Below, piece by piece: positions 40,582 to 49,981 of a stretch of DNA of 64,000 nucleotides; position 1 is the first letter of the stretch, and each line of letters starts with the position of its first letter. The notes beneath the pieces are model-generated. The model saw only the letters and a list, made by a program, of their open reading frames with translations. It searched no databases and was not told the DNA's origin. The position numbers and the translations under genes are program-made. The stretch is from sequence record OU343167.1; one strand, given 5' to 3'.

Positions 40582-40907
40582 AAACCCGCTATGTTGTTGG
40601 TGCCGTTGCATTAGGTATAATTGTATCCGGTTTTGCTGGTGCAGCTTATCTAATGCAAAGGCATATCGACATGGTTAATAAAGTCGTAGCTAAGGCCGGT
40701 AAGGTCGTTGAAAGCTATCACCATGTCTTGCTCCGTAGGAGTCAGTACCTCTTTGGTGATCCAGAGAGACGCTACGCGATGCTACGTAAAGCATGTTGGG
40801 AAGAGGTTCGTGAGATCCTAGATCAGGAATACGAGCCAATCCGAAAGACTGCTGAACCGCGTGTCGATCATTATATCAAACAGGTCATCTATCGAGACCT
40901 ACCTTAA
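40578..40907 (+). CDS. N-terminally anchored membrane protein
   Basis: 109 aa, N-terminal TM helix. Confidence 0.75.
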   Translation: MKTRYVVGAVALGIIVSGFAGAAYLMQRHIDMVNKVVAKAGKVVESYHHVLLRRSQYLFGDPERRYAMLRKACWEEVREILDQEYEPIRKTAEPRVDHYIKQVIYRDLP

Positions 40908-40922
40908 AAAGGGAACTCCATC

Positions 40923-41120
40923 ATGAAAAAGATTCTGGTTGTTACTGGTGCTCTGGCTGCCGTTATCGCTCTCGGTACAGCTGCATGTAAGCTGTATGAA
41001 ACTCTGAACGACAACGTTGTCGAACCAACTGGCGATGATGCATCCACGGATACCGCAGCTGAATCTCCTGTTCAAGAACAGGATACCTCTGCTCCGGCTG
41101 AAGAAACAACTGCTCAATAA
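40923..41120 (+). CDS. small anchored protein with acidic tail
   Basis: 65 aa; MKKILVVTGALAAVIALGTAAC, possible lipoprotein-like signal. Confidence 0.7.
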   Translation: MKKILVVTGALAAVIALGTAACKLYETLNDNVVEPTGDDASTDTAAESPVQEQDTSAPAEETTAQ

Positions 41121-41146
41121 CCCCATCTGCAAATAAGGAAAGTAAC

Positions 41147-41428
41147 ATGTTCGGTAATTTTGTAAAAGGTCTGGGTTGTGTTGTAGTCGGCGGTGTAATC
41201 TCGATGATCGCCATTACATGGACCGACGAGAACACAGCAGAAGAAGTCATGCAGAAACTGCGTGACGCCAATGATCGAATCCCGCCGGATTACGATCTCG
41301 ATAAACGTAAAGAAGAACTGTCCGATCTGGCAGAACGCCTGATCCATGAAGCAGAAGAACGTATTCTGCTGACGGCAACTCTGCGCGAACTGCGTGAGGA
41401 GGTTGTCAAGTTCCTGCGTAAACTGTAA
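41147..41428 (+). CDS. N-terminally anchored coiled-coil protein
   Basis: 93 aa. Confidence 0.7.
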   Translation: MFGNFVKGLGCVVVGGVISMIAITWTDENTAEEVMQKLRDANDRIPPDYDLDKRKEELSDLAERLIHEAEERILLTATLRELREEVVKFLRKL

Positions 41429-41430
41429 TA

Positions 41431-41460
41431 AGAAGGGCTCTTCGGAGCCCTTTCTTTTTA
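41431..41460 (+). terminator. hairpin terminator
   Basis: AAGGGCTC-TTCG-GAGCCCTTTCTTTT. Confidence 0.8.
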
Positions 41461-41487
41461 TCATATTCGAATGTACATTTAAGTCTT

Positions 41488-41512
41488 TTTAAAACGTATA
41501 TTACAAATGTGA
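41488..41512 (+). promoter_or_regulatory. early promoter (TATATTAC 41497-41504)
   Basis: TTTAAAACG-TATATTAC-AAATGTGA. Confidence 0.8.
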
Positions 41513-41543
41513 TAATACCCCTATCTAGAGAAGGAAACTCAAC

Positions 41544-41699
41544 ATGAAAGCTATCGTAATGGTTCTGGTTGGTATGGTTCTCGGTGCAGCTGTTGTTTAC
41601 GGCGGTTCCTATGAAGCTCCGAAAGTTGAAAAAGAATCCGAGGTTATTCTCGGTCATCGTATCGGTCCCAATGGCCAAGAAATGCTCGTAACTAAATAA
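41544..41699 (+). CDS. 51-aa anchored protein (below cutoff)
   Basis: AGGA RBS; MKAIVMVLVGMVLGAAVVYGG... Confidence 0.65.
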   Translation: MKAIVMVLVGMVLGAAVVYGGSYEAPKVEKESEVILGHRIGPNGQEMLVTK

Positions 41700-41709
41700 G
41701 GAGATAAAA

Positions 41710-42051
41710 ATGGAAAAGTCCGTAGCAGTTAAAGTAATCGACAACATGTGCCGTCCGAATATCGTTGCTCGCATGAATGGTAAACTGGTCTACCATGCGC
41801 GTAACGTAGAAATAGTGGAAGGTAAGGATCTATGGCCAAATCGCACTGACGTAGATGATGTTCGTGTACTGGTCGGTGAAACCTTCCGTAACGATGAATG
41901 GGTATCCCTGCGCAGTTCTAGCCTGGTTAAAGTAGACACTGTTGCTGGTGTATACGAAACCCTCAACTCTGTTTACCTTGCTCCGGATCTTCTGGGAAGT
42001 CTCTCGGTTGGTCCCGGCGGCTTCAATTCGGATGCCACTCTGAAAGGGTAA
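41710..42051 (+). CDS. hypothetical soluble protein
   Basis: 113 aa, AGGAG RBS; LRSSSLVKVD...VYETLNSVY motif common in small phage proteins. Confidence 0.7.
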   Translation: MEKSVAVKVIDNMCRPNIVARMNGKLVYHARNVEIVEGKDLWPNRTDVDDVRVLVGETFRNDEWVSLRSSSLVKVDTVAGVYETLNSVYLAPDLLGSLSVGPGGFNSDATLKG

Positions 42052-42056
42052 TAGTC

Positions 42057-42209
42057 ATGGACTTCATTAAAGAAAATGCACTCAGCTTGGGTCTCATCGC
42101 CGTAGCCGTTGTCGGCTTCGTCGGCGTTGCTGCTTACCATAACAACTGGATGGAAGAGCGTCGTAAGACCAAGGACGAAACTGCAAAACCAAAAGCTGAA
42201 CTGCGTTAA
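42057..42209 (+). CDS. 50-aa anchored protein (below cutoff)
   Basis: MDFIKENALSLGLIAVAVVGFVGVAAY... Confidence 0.6.
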   Translation: MDFIKENALSLGLIAVAVVGFVGVAAYHNNWMEERRKTKDETAKPKAELR

Positions 42210-42247
42210 TCCATTCTCACTTCAAATTCGAAAATAGGAATATACAA

Positions 42248-42571
42248 ATGAATCAAGTCCTCAAAGAAATGGCAATTGGTCTTGGCGTTGCCCTGGCTGT
42301 CGCTGGTGTCATGATCGGTACTGATATCGTGGCTAAGAGTCTGAACGATAAGATTCTTTTCGCTGATTTCAGTAAGCGGTTGGACGTACTGATCCAAGAA
42401 GCACGTAAAGCTGCGATCGAGAATGATACCGCTGCTCGTCTGCGTTTCTCTCAGGGCCTGTTGAGTCTCCGCATTAAAATGGCTATTGAAATGCGTGATC
42501 GTGACGGTGAGTACAAAGCTGCATTCGATGTACGCATCGATGAATTCAAATCCGAAATGGGTTGGGGGTAA
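42248..42571 (+). CDS. N-terminally anchored membrane protein
   Basis: 107 aa, N-terminal TM helix. Confidence 0.75.
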   Translation: MNQVLKEMAIGLGVALAVAGVMIGTDIVAKSLNDKILFADFSKRLDVLIQEARKAAIENDTAARLRFSQGLLSLRIKMAIEMRDRDGEYKAAFDVRIDEFKSEMGWG

Positions 42572-42575
42572 TAGG

Positions 42576-42832
42576 ATGGAAACCTACGTTAAATACGGTC
42601 TCATTGCATTGGCGGTTAGTGCAACCGCCGTTGCTGCTATCCTCGCCGTAAAAGCAACCACCAAGGAAGAAGGGCGAACTGTAGCGGAACAGATCGAAAG
42701 CAGTATCTCCGATATTCTTATCGATAAGATCTCGGCCTACCGTAATAGTGATCAACATCGCAAGTTGGTGAATCGGCTCAGGCGTGATCGTGAACTGGAT
42801 GTCGCAGAGTTCATTTCGCGTATCCAGCTGGA
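42576..42832 (+). repeat. 257-bp direct duplicate of 43330..43586 (assembly artefact)
   Basis: Identical METYVKYG... coding sequence, broken at the adapter. Confidence 0.9.
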
Positions 42833-42888
42833 AGCACACGTCTGAACTCCAGTCACGTGGCCTTATCTCGTATGCCGTCTTCTGCTTG
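42831..42888 (+). other. Illumina TruSeq indexed adapter contamination
   Basis: GAAGCACACGTCTGAACTCCAGTCAC-GTGGCCTT-ATCTCGTATGCCGTCTTCTGCTTG then poly-A. Confidence 0.97.
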
Positions 42889-43329
42889 AAAAAAATAAAG
42901 CAGTCCCTATTGGCCACGGACCCTGCACCAATTGCCGCCGTATAAACCAACGCTCAGTGCGTCGATTACTAGCTGTTCGTGAGCGTTCATCTCTTCCCCG
43001 CTTCCAGTCGTGTCGCAGACATCCTCCCATACGTACTCCCACGCACTCACTCGCAGTTCTGCGTCTCCCGTGTCGCTGCTGTGAATGGGTGAGTGCGGAT
43101 GGCACACGGCAGGAGTGGTAGCGAGGGTGAAAGAGGGAGTGATTGAAAGCGAGGAGTGGGTTCGATGGAGGGATGAACAGAAGGCAGAGTAGGGAGTGTG
43201 ATATCAAAAGGGAATATCGATGTGCGCAGGGGACTGCGGAGCGCCCCCGCGGAGCGGCCTCAGCTGATATGGGAGCCCTTGGTGATGGAGTAAACGTTGG
43301 AGGTGTAAGGCCGAGAGGGTTGCATGTGA

Positions 43330-43716
43330 ATGGAAACCTACGTTAAATACGGTCTCATTGCATTGGCGGTTAGTGCAACCGCCGTTGCTGCTATCCTCGC
43401 CGTAAAAGCAACCACCAAGGAAGAAGGGCGAACTGTAGCGGAACAGATCGAAAGCAGTATCTCCGATATTCTTATCGATAAGATCTCGGCCTACCGTAAT
43501 AGTGATCAACATCGCAAGTTGGTGAATCGGCTCAGGCGTGATCGTGAACTGGATGTCGCAGAGTTCATTTCGCGTATCCAGCTGGACATCGCTCTGAACG
43601 TTCTTCCGGAGGTAGAAGTACTTCTGGAATCTCATCGTGATCAGCTGACCGAGGAAGAGTTCGATCGGCTGGTTGCAAATCTCCAACATTTCGTACAACG
43701 GATCATCGCTAAGTGA
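43330..43716 (+). CDS. N-terminally anchored membrane protein (intact copy)
   Basis: 128 aa; its real RBS (AGGA) precedes the first copy at 42576. Confidence 0.75.
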   Translation: METYVKYGLIALAVSATAVAAILAVKATTKEEGRTVAEQIESSISDILIDKISAYRNSDQHRKLVNRLRRDRELDVAEFISRIQLDIALNVLPEVEVLLESHRDQLTEEEFDRLVANLQHFVQRIIAK

Positions 43717-43889
43717 AAACCAAAATAGGTGTAGGTTTTCTTGCAGTTCTGATGGGACTCGCTGCTGCTTGCGGTGAGTTCTATTATGAACTGACCAAAC
43801 CCGAAGGTAAGGTTTCGAAGGAATGGTGTCAACATCCAGCTAAACCGAAATGTACTATGTTTGCATTCACTGTAAATGAGGATAAATAA
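43713..43889 (+). CDS. 58-aa anchored protein (below cutoff)
   Basis: GTGA overlap; MKTKIGVGFLAVLMGLAAACGEFYYE... Confidence 0.55.
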   Translation: MKTKIGVGFLAVLMGLAAACGEFYYELTKPEGKVSKEWCQHPAKPKCTMFAFTVNEDK

Positions 43890-44492
43890 ATGGATAGTCG
43901 TCTGTCGAAAGTCTTCCAAAACGTGGACCATGTGTTCACCCAAGAGCAGACCAATGAACTGGTCAATCGTCGTAATGAAGACATGATGTTGACCGTAAAG
44001 GTTGACGCTATGCTGGCGTTGATCAAAAACGATGCGGTTAAGTTCAAAGATCTGGAAACGTTGATCATTAATGATGCAATCGATTTCATTACAGCTGAAC
44101 GTGCATCTGATATCGCACTGGGCCTTTTCAACAAAATGGTTTACCAGGATGTTGGACCAGATGCAGTCGGCTTGTTGGAATATGCCAAAGCCGCCGAGTA
44201 CATGTGCACGCACGTGGATGAATCCTGTGCATGGGTCAATACGTACCGTGATAAGCTGAAGTCTTTCATGGTCACTTTCACCTCTCAGTGCATTGGCAAT
44301 GCTTTGGTTCGTTCTGAGCTGAGAACTCTTCAGGCTCAAAACTACAACATCGCCAAGCAAAACTTTCGCAACATGAGTAAACCTGCCCCTGAAGGCACCG
44401 TAAAGGAACTGGCTGCAAAATACGGTAAGTCCATTTCGGAGATCCGCCGTATGAAAGCCGAAGGTCGTCTTGGGGAACTGACCCAAGAATAA
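43890..44492 (+). CDS. hypothetical helical protein with HTH-like basic C-terminus
   Basis: 200 aa; ends TVKELAAKYGKSISEIRRMKAEGRL. Confidence 0.75.
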   Translation: MDSRLSKVFQNVDHVFTQEQTNELVNRRNEDMMLTVKVDAMLALIKNDAVKFKDLETLIINDAIDFITAERASDIALGLFNKMVYQDVGPDAVGLLEYAKAAEYMCTHVDESCAWVNTYRDKLKSFMVTFTSQCIGNALVRSELRTLQAQNYNIAKQNFRNMSKPAPEGTVKELAAKYGKSISEIRRMKAEGRLGELTQE

Positions 44493-44493
44493 T

Positions 44494-44521
44494 AGATGGG
44501 TCTCTTCGGAGACCCCATCTC
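44494..44521 (+). terminator. hairpin
   Basis: AGATGGGTCTC-TTCG-GAGACCCCATCT. Confidence 0.6.
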
Positions 44522-44587
44522 AATGTGTCTTGGAAAGGATGCATTGAGATGTACTCAACTAAACCCAAATGTAAAAAGGAAATTACC

Positions 44588-45706
44588 ATGAAACAATATC
44601 GCAAACCCACCACCCGTCTGACCAAAGAAAAACTGGAATGGGTTATCGAACGTCGCAAGGAACGTAAAGCCGAGAGCCCCTTCGGCCGCGCTCATTTCCC
44701 TGCTGGTACCCGTGCAATCTTCGAGTCCTGTTCTCTCCGTTTCCTGGACGAAAATGAACGCGTGTATCCCGGTCAGCGTTATGAAACCTTCGAAGCTACC
44801 GTTCTTGGTATCGTGGCCAATGGTCATGACAGCTATGTCGCTGTTCTGGATAAACCCTGCAACTTGATCGAAGGACGCAAGTACAGCATCAACATTAGCT
44901 GGTGTAAAAAGATCCTCGAACGTGGCGAAGGTAACTTCACCTGGTTCAAAGAAGAACCGACTGAGTACGATCATGCGCATGGTTGGAACATCCGTGAGAA
45001 ACATCCGACTGTTCGTTGGGTAGAAGGTCCTCGCCCTACTAAGGTTCGCAACCTGACCTGGGCTGAGGAGTTCGACTACCATCGTCATACCGATCCGGTC
45101 TACGTCGAGATCAACAAGCACCACAACCAGTACTTCATCACTGACATGCGTACGTTCGTGATGTTCGCTCTCCAAGAGCATCCTGCATATACCAACCCTT
45201 CGAAGGATCATCTGTACGATCTGGAGAAACTGGTAGCAGCGATGTATGCTGATCCGACTATCAAGGCAGCTGAAGTAAAACTGTCTCGTTATTTCGGTAG
45301 CTGGTTGATCAGCAAGAAGAAGTTCCATAAAGTCCTGCAACGCTTGCTGCCATTCTACAAGACTTCTCGTCGTAAGGCGCAGGAAGAAGATAACAAAGCA
45401 ATGTCCGAAATGTACGAAAAAGAAATGGAACGTGACTTCGATGAAATGTATGGAGAGTCTTCGGATTCTTCTGATGAATCGTGCTACTCCATGGAAGACT
45501 CGTACTACGACTCTGGTTTGGATGACGACATCGAGATGACTGACATGTATGAAGATTCGGCATGTTCTCGTGAAATCAGTGATGACGTTCAACCCAAAAC
45601 CATCGGTGAACTCCTGCGTGAAGCAATGGAAGAACCCGACGAAGATAAATCCAAACTGGTTATCAGCAGTATGGAAACTCTCTCGGAAGCGGTTGTTATC
45701 AAATAA
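44588..45706 (+). CDS. hypothetical protein, acidic C-terminus
   Basis: ATG 44588 with AAGGA RBS, 372 aa. Confidence 0.75.
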   Translation: MKQYRKPTTRLTKEKLEWVIERRKERKAESPFGRAHFPAGTRAIFESCSLRFLDENERVYPGQRYETFEATVLGIVANGHDSYVAVLDKPCNLIEGRKYSINISWCKKILERGEGNFTWFKEEPTEYDHAHGWNIREKHPTVRWVEGPRPTKVRNLTWAEEFDYHRHTDPVYVEINKHHNQYFITDMRTFVMFALQEHPAYTNPSKDHLYDLEKLVAAMYADPTIKAAEVKLSRYFGSWLISKKKFHKVLQRLLPFYKTSRRKAQEEDNKAMSEMYEKEMERDFDEMYGESSDSSDESCYSMEDSYYDSGLDDDIEMTDMYEDSACSREISDDVQPKTIGELLREAMEEPDEDKSKLVISSMETLSEAVVIK

Positions 45707-45739
45707 TTCGTTCCTAAGAACTTTCAATAAGGAATAGGC

Positions 45740-45880
45740 ATGCTCTGGAAAATCACGTGTTACAATGGTACTGTCTGGGAGGCTCCCTCACAAATGGGAA
45801 TCGAAGAGGCACTTCAAAAGTTCTATCGTGACACTGAATTGTCGCAGTGGGATATTGTCAAAATAGAAAACATGCATTAA
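45740..45880 (+). CDS. 46-aa hypothetical protein
   Basis: AGGA RBS; MLWKITCYNGTVWEAPSQ... Confidence 0.5.
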   Translation: MLWKITCYNGTVWEAPSQMGIEEALQKFYRDTELSQWDIVKIENMH

Positions 45881-45889
45881 GGAGTAATT

Positions 45890-46522
45890 ATGGACGTCGT
45901 TCAAGCAGTTCTGGTAATGGCTGCCCTTAAAGAACAAGCCGTCAAAGGCGTTGTTCGCGTTGCATTGACTCGCCCCCGTGCAGCTAACTGGGTAAAGGTC
46001 GAAGATCGACTGATTCCTGACTATACTTCCAAGATCACTCACATCGAAGTTCCGCTTCACGATGTGCTGATCATGGGTAATGTCAATGCCAGTGGCAAAT
46101 ACGAACGCTGCGTCGTGCGTAACAACGCAAGCTGGTATGATATCATCATCCTGAAAAATGGTGTACCGACTGTGGAAGGTTGGATGCATCAACGCGCTAC
46201 CGCAGACATGCAGGTCAAAGCTCTGGGTACTGTAGCGGAGTGGTCTAAACCCGCTACTGCTGCCTTACCTAATCCGACCAAGATCTTCTTCCATCTGGTA
46301 ACCGTAATGGATACCGATGGTCGTGTCTGGTCTGTGGTGATCGAAGCTCGTGGTATCCCGGTAACTCAGGAAAACGTGAAAGATAAACTGTCCATGGGTA
46401 TGTTCTTCGAGAGTGAAGAACACGCCCGTGAATACGTCAACGATCGAGTAATGTTCTTCAGTGAGGTCTCTCCGACTAAACCTCAATGCAACGCCCTGTC
46501 GTATGCACAGGTAGCTGCATGA
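45890..46522 (+). CDS. hypothetical protein
   Basis: 210 aa, AGGAG RBS. Confidence 0.75.
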   Translation: MDVVQAVLVMAALKEQAVKGVVRVALTRPRAANWVKVEDRLIPDYTSKITHIEVPLHDVLIMGNVNASGKYERCVVRNNASWYDIIILKNGVPTVEGWMHQRATADMQVKALGTVAEWSKPATAALPNPTKIFFHLVTVMDTDGRVWSVVIEARGIPVTQENVKDKLSMGMFFESEEHAREYVNDRVMFFSEVSPTKPQCNALSYAQVAA

Positions 46523-46525
46523 TAA

Positions 46526-46560
46526 CAGGGGACCTTCGGGTCCCCTTTTTATTTTTTATA
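46526..46560 (+). terminator. hairpin terminator
   Basis: AGGGGACC-TTCG-GGTCCCCT then T tract. Confidence 0.8.
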
Positions 46561-46612
46561 TCGTAATTTTTTATTTAGTAATAAACCCATAAACCGCAAA
46601 AAGGAAATTACC

Positions 46613-47641
46613 ATGATCATTAATGCAAGCCTGAACCGCGCTATGTTTTCCACTCAGACCAACGAAGCTGCCGAACTGCTTCTGTTGTCTTATCTGCGTA
46701 CCTCACCCGATGCGGCCGCAACCGAGGATAATGCTACCAAACGTATCCTGGCGGCCAAAGATAATTTGGTTGCACTGTGGAAGAACGGCTGCCGTTTTGT
46801 GATCGACGATGACCATCGATGGATCATCTCTGAATTTGGAAATGCCATTCGTATTGCATATCAGGGACGTATCCGTGGTAGCTGGACTACCTTTGGTATT
46901 AACCTTGTGGACATCAATAACGGTGAAGCTGTTCTGAACGTTATTCGTGCCCGGCTTCGTACTGGTTACCCGGCGGATGAACTGCAACCTGGTTCTAATA
47001 TCAAAGGACATCTGTATGAAGACTACAAGGTGAATGGAAGTGGGATGTGGGCCGTAGGTCGAATCATTCTCGGCTTGCAGCCCAATGGGGTATTCCTCTG
47101 GGCTACTCTCGAACGTCTCTATGAGGTGGCTAAATATCACAAGCTGTACGCCGATATCGTTGATGACTTCGGGATCAATCACGACCGTGATTACCTGAAC
47201 AACATCGTCGATGGGAAATGGGTAGTGAATGAAGCTAACGCTAAGGCAGTGCTGAATAGCTACTTCGTATCGATGCTGAAGTTTTTCTATGAGCGTGGGT
47301 TCTACTACCAAGACACCATCGATGGCGGGCGCATCGATATTCGTTCCAACGTAGGTTCCTACCACTTCGATGGAAAGAATGCGACTGCGCACACGATCAA
47401 TATTACTTACCTCAGCGAGAACAGCTACGAAGTTCGTGATAATGAATGGGAATTCTGTTGGGATTGCAACAACACCGAATACTTCCCTCTGGAAGCTCCT
47501 GTTGAAGCACTGACTGCATTCCAAACTCGTGTCGACAAAGAGCATATCTACATGGCGACTGGTCGTGGTTATAAGCTGGAAGATATCCACAACATCCAGC
47601 GTACTAAACGTGAACCTACCGAGTGGGAACAAGGGAAGTGA
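46613..47641 (+). CDS. hypothetical protein
   Basis: 342 aa, AAGGA RBS. Confidence 0.75.
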   Translation: MIINASLNRAMFSTQTNEAAELLLLSYLRTSPDAAATEDNATKRILAAKDNLVALWKNGCRFVIDDDHRWIISEFGNAIRIAYQGRIRGSWTTFGINLVDINNGEAVLNVIRARLRTGYPADELQPGSNIKGHLYEDYKVNGSGMWAVGRIILGLQPNGVFLWATLERLYEVAKYHKLYADIVDDFGINHDRDYLNNIVDGKWVVNEANAKAVLNSYFVSMLKFFYERGFYYQDTIDGGRIDIRSNVGSYHFDGKNATAHTINITYLSENSYEVRDNEWEFCWDCNNTEYFPLEAPVEALTAFQTRVDKEHIYMATGRGYKLEDIHNIQRTKREPTEWEQGK

Positions 47642-47928
47642 TTAACATTAATCACGATCTACCTATCTGGGTATTACTACTATTAAGTACAGCCACATCA
47701 TTCATCTACGCTTTTGTAAAAACCTTTCAGCAAAGAAACATCTTTCATGGTTATAAAAAGGCTGCTTTCTTCACCTCGTGGGGTATCAGTACCCTTGAGT
47801 TGACCACCATTGGCCTATTTGTGATAGTGGGTCTTCCCGCTATTATATCTAGTGGTCTAGGTGGTTCTATAGGTGTCGTGTTGGCAATGACATTCCATGA
47901 TAAGATTTTTCGTAAATTAACAAAATAG
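47638..47928 (+). CDS. small 3-TM membrane protein
   Basis: GTGA overlap start; FVKTFQQRNI...GLGGSIG..LAM pattern. Confidence 0.65.
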   Translation: MININHDLPIWVLLLLSTATSFIYAFVKTFQQRNIFHGYKKAAFFTSWGISTLELTTIGLFVIVGLPAIISSGLGGSIGVVLAMTFHDKIFRKLTK

Positions 47929-47937
47929 GAAAAAACA

Positions 47938-48276
47938 ATGTCTCGTAAACTCGGAAAGAAACATCCTCGCAATCGTTACGAGGATGCTAAGGCATATGAA
48001 CACAAGTTGCGCACTGAGAAAGCCCAACTGGCGAACTGCCGACTGGGGCAATTGTATTCGGTTCGTATCCTGAATGACAACTGCTTCTTGCGTGATCGCC
48101 TCATGTGCCAGGAACAGGATATGTTCGATCCTCTTCGACTGACCCGTGCTAAACGGGAACGTTATCTCAAAGGTGAGCGCTATTGGCTCAATGCTGGATC
48201 GGGTAAATTCATTCGTTCTGGCTATGAAAAGAACTGGGCTAAAAATAAACGTAAGGAGATGGCAAATGAGCAGTAG
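47938..48276 (+). CDS. basic hypothetical protein
   Basis: 112 aa, AGGA RBS. Confidence 0.7.
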   Translation: MSRKLGKKHPRNRYEDAKAYEHKLRTEKAQLANCRLGQLYSVRILNDNCFLRDRLMCQEQDMFDPLRLTRAKRERYLKGERYWLNAGSGKFIRSGYEKNWAKNKRKEMANEQ

Positions 48277-48550
48277 TTATAACCCACCGGTGGACACTGT
48301 TGATGTCCTCCATATCGACTGCGAGTACGAAACGTTCTCGTTCGGTAAGTTGTTTCAACGTATGGTCGATCACTTCGGTAGCGATATCAAGCTGGACGAT
48401 TTCGAAATCGAAGCAACCAAGATCAAAGTACGTGGTTGCAACTGTTGTTTGGATCTGGATGACTACACGGATTATATTCGTGTAACTCGTCTTACCCAAC
48501 CCGCCGCCGATACCGAGACCCTATCGATCGAAGGTCTTATTGTCGGTTGA
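48266..48550 (+). CDS. hypothetical protein
   Basis: Start MSSSYNPP at 48266 within ORF 48146..48550. Confidence 0.65.
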   Translation: MSSSYNPPVDTVDVLHIDCEYETFSFGKLFQRMVDHFGSDIKLDDFEIEATKIKVRGCNCCLDLDDYTDYIRVTRLTQPAADTETLSIEGLIVG

Positions 48551-48551
48551 C

Positions 48552-48583
48552 GGCATAAAGCCCCTACCTTCCGGTAGGGGCTA
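48552..48583 (+). terminator. hairpin terminator
   Basis: GGCATAAAGCCCCTACC-TTCC-GGTAGGGGCT. Confidence 0.75.
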
Positions 48584-48710
48584 AATCCCATTTCTTTTCG
48601 CCAAAGAGTTCGTCTCGGGCATTGCGCGTTTTGGGCACTAACCCAGCAGTAGGAATAAGAAGTAACGCGTAATCTCCTTACATACTATCAGCCAATAGGT
48701 ATTATTTCAC

Positions 48711-49265
48711 ATGGACAAAAAACTGAAAGAATTCCAAGCAGTGACTCCGGGCGTAGATCGTTTCGTTTATTACGAGAAAACTGACACCTGGCTCCCCAAA
48801 GATACTCGTCCAATGGACTGTTTCCGCAATAAGAAAGCAATAGAGGCATTCGATAAAGCCAACGAAGAAATTCAAGAACGTTGGTTCTATTGGTGCATCG
48901 CATGGGAGAAAGCTTCTGTTCGCCCTACAATGGAAACCGAACTCTGGAAGAACCCGTTCATCTCTGTTGAAGAACGACTGGAGATTGCAGAAGGCGCCAT
49001 CGCGTTCCGTAACGAGGTCATCAGAAATCTCCAGGGACGTTTAGTTTCGCCAACGATTGCCGAGTTCAAACTTAACGACGAAATGGTGGAAGCTATCTTG
49101 GATAGCAGTTACACTGTAAAAGATTTCGATCGGAACTCGGAAACGGGCGAAGTAGAGCTTCAGTATCAGATTTCCAATAACTTCCACAATCGCGAGTTGG
49201 CACGTGATACTGTTCACCGTATCATCAATGCCCTCAAACAACTTACCCCGGTGCAACAGCAATGA
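48711..49265 (+). CDS. hypothetical protein
   Basis: 184 aa. Confidence 0.7.
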   Translation: MDKKLKEFQAVTPGVDRFVYYEKTDTWLPKDTRPMDCFRNKKAIEAFDKANEEIQERWFYWCIAWEKASVRPTMETELWKNPFISVEERLEIAEGAIAFRNEVIRNLQGRLVSPTIAEFKLNDEMVEAILDSSYTVKDFDRNSETGEVELQYQISNNFHNRELARDTVHRIINALKQLTPVQQQ

Positions 49266-49471
49266 TCTACCTTGGTTGGTTCACCATCATCTTCGTGGTG
49301 ATTGGTCTTGGTTTATTCGGTGCTTTCTGTCATCGAATAGTTAATTCCACTAATCCTGGATTGGAAGAGAAGCGTACTACAATGAATATCGCTATCTGGA
49401 CAGGTATTCTTCTAGTGCTCGCTTATCTCAATGAAATCAGTCGGGTCTTTATTGTAGGGGTAGTTACATGA
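49262..49471 (+). CDS. small 2-TM membrane protein
   Basis: 69 aa, ATGA-coupled on both ends. Confidence 0.7.
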   Translation: MIYLGWFTIIFVVIGLGLFGAFCHRIVNSTNPGLEEKRTTMNIAIWTGILLVLAYLNEISRVFIVGVVT

Positions 49472-49710
49472 CATTACAAGAGCTGCGTGAACTTCTTTAT
49501 AAAGAAGCTGGTATGGAATCAATCCATGCTAAAATTAAGCAACGGGCGCTCGCTGGTGATTCAGAGGTAAACTTCGATTACAGCAACGAGAACACACCAG
49601 TTGAAGGGAAGATGAATAATCGTCAAGCGGAAATCCTCCGTAAAGACGGTTACATTGTTGAATACAATAGTGCCTGTCTCTGGTACGAAGTAAAAGGATG
49701 GGATGAATAA
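49468..49710 (+). CDS. hypothetical protein
   Basis: 80 aa. Confidence 0.7.
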   Translation: MTLQELRELLYKEAGMESIHAKIKQRALAGDSEVNFDYSNENTPVEGKMNNRQAEILRKDGYIVEYNSACLWYEVKGWDE

Positions 49711-49976
49711 TGGGACTTCGTTACATGGGTTATTCCGTTAAAGCAACTGTGACTGACCGTGAAGGCGAGTCGCATATCTTTGACGGCTTTGCCAAGCCTG
49801 GCGAGGGTAATTCGGTTTATCCCGGAGCTAATGGTGAAGGCGATAAGCGTCTTGCAGCTCGCCGCGCACTGGAAGCCTTCATGGATAGTCCAGTCTTCGA
49901 GGAACTAACATCAGATATGTACGATACGTTCGATGTTCGTTTCAATTCTCTTGTACACACTGGAATGCCGGAGTAA
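49710..49976 (+). CDS. hypothetical protein
   Basis: 88 aa, TAATG-coupled. Confidence 0.7.
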   Translation: MGLRYMGYSVKATVTDREGESHIFDGFAKPGEGNSVYPGANGEGDKRLAARRALEAFMDSPVFEELTSDMYDTFDVRFNSLVHTGMPE

Positions 49977-49981
49977 TAAAA

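Noticed and set aside
42889-43329. Purine/pyrimidine-skewed island with small ORFs that could look like a novel element
   Set aside because: Directly follows an Illumina adapter; low-quality read tail
44555-47632. Antisense ORFs of 390 and 309 aa
   Set aside because: Coextensive with sense genes that have RBSs and C-ending codon bias
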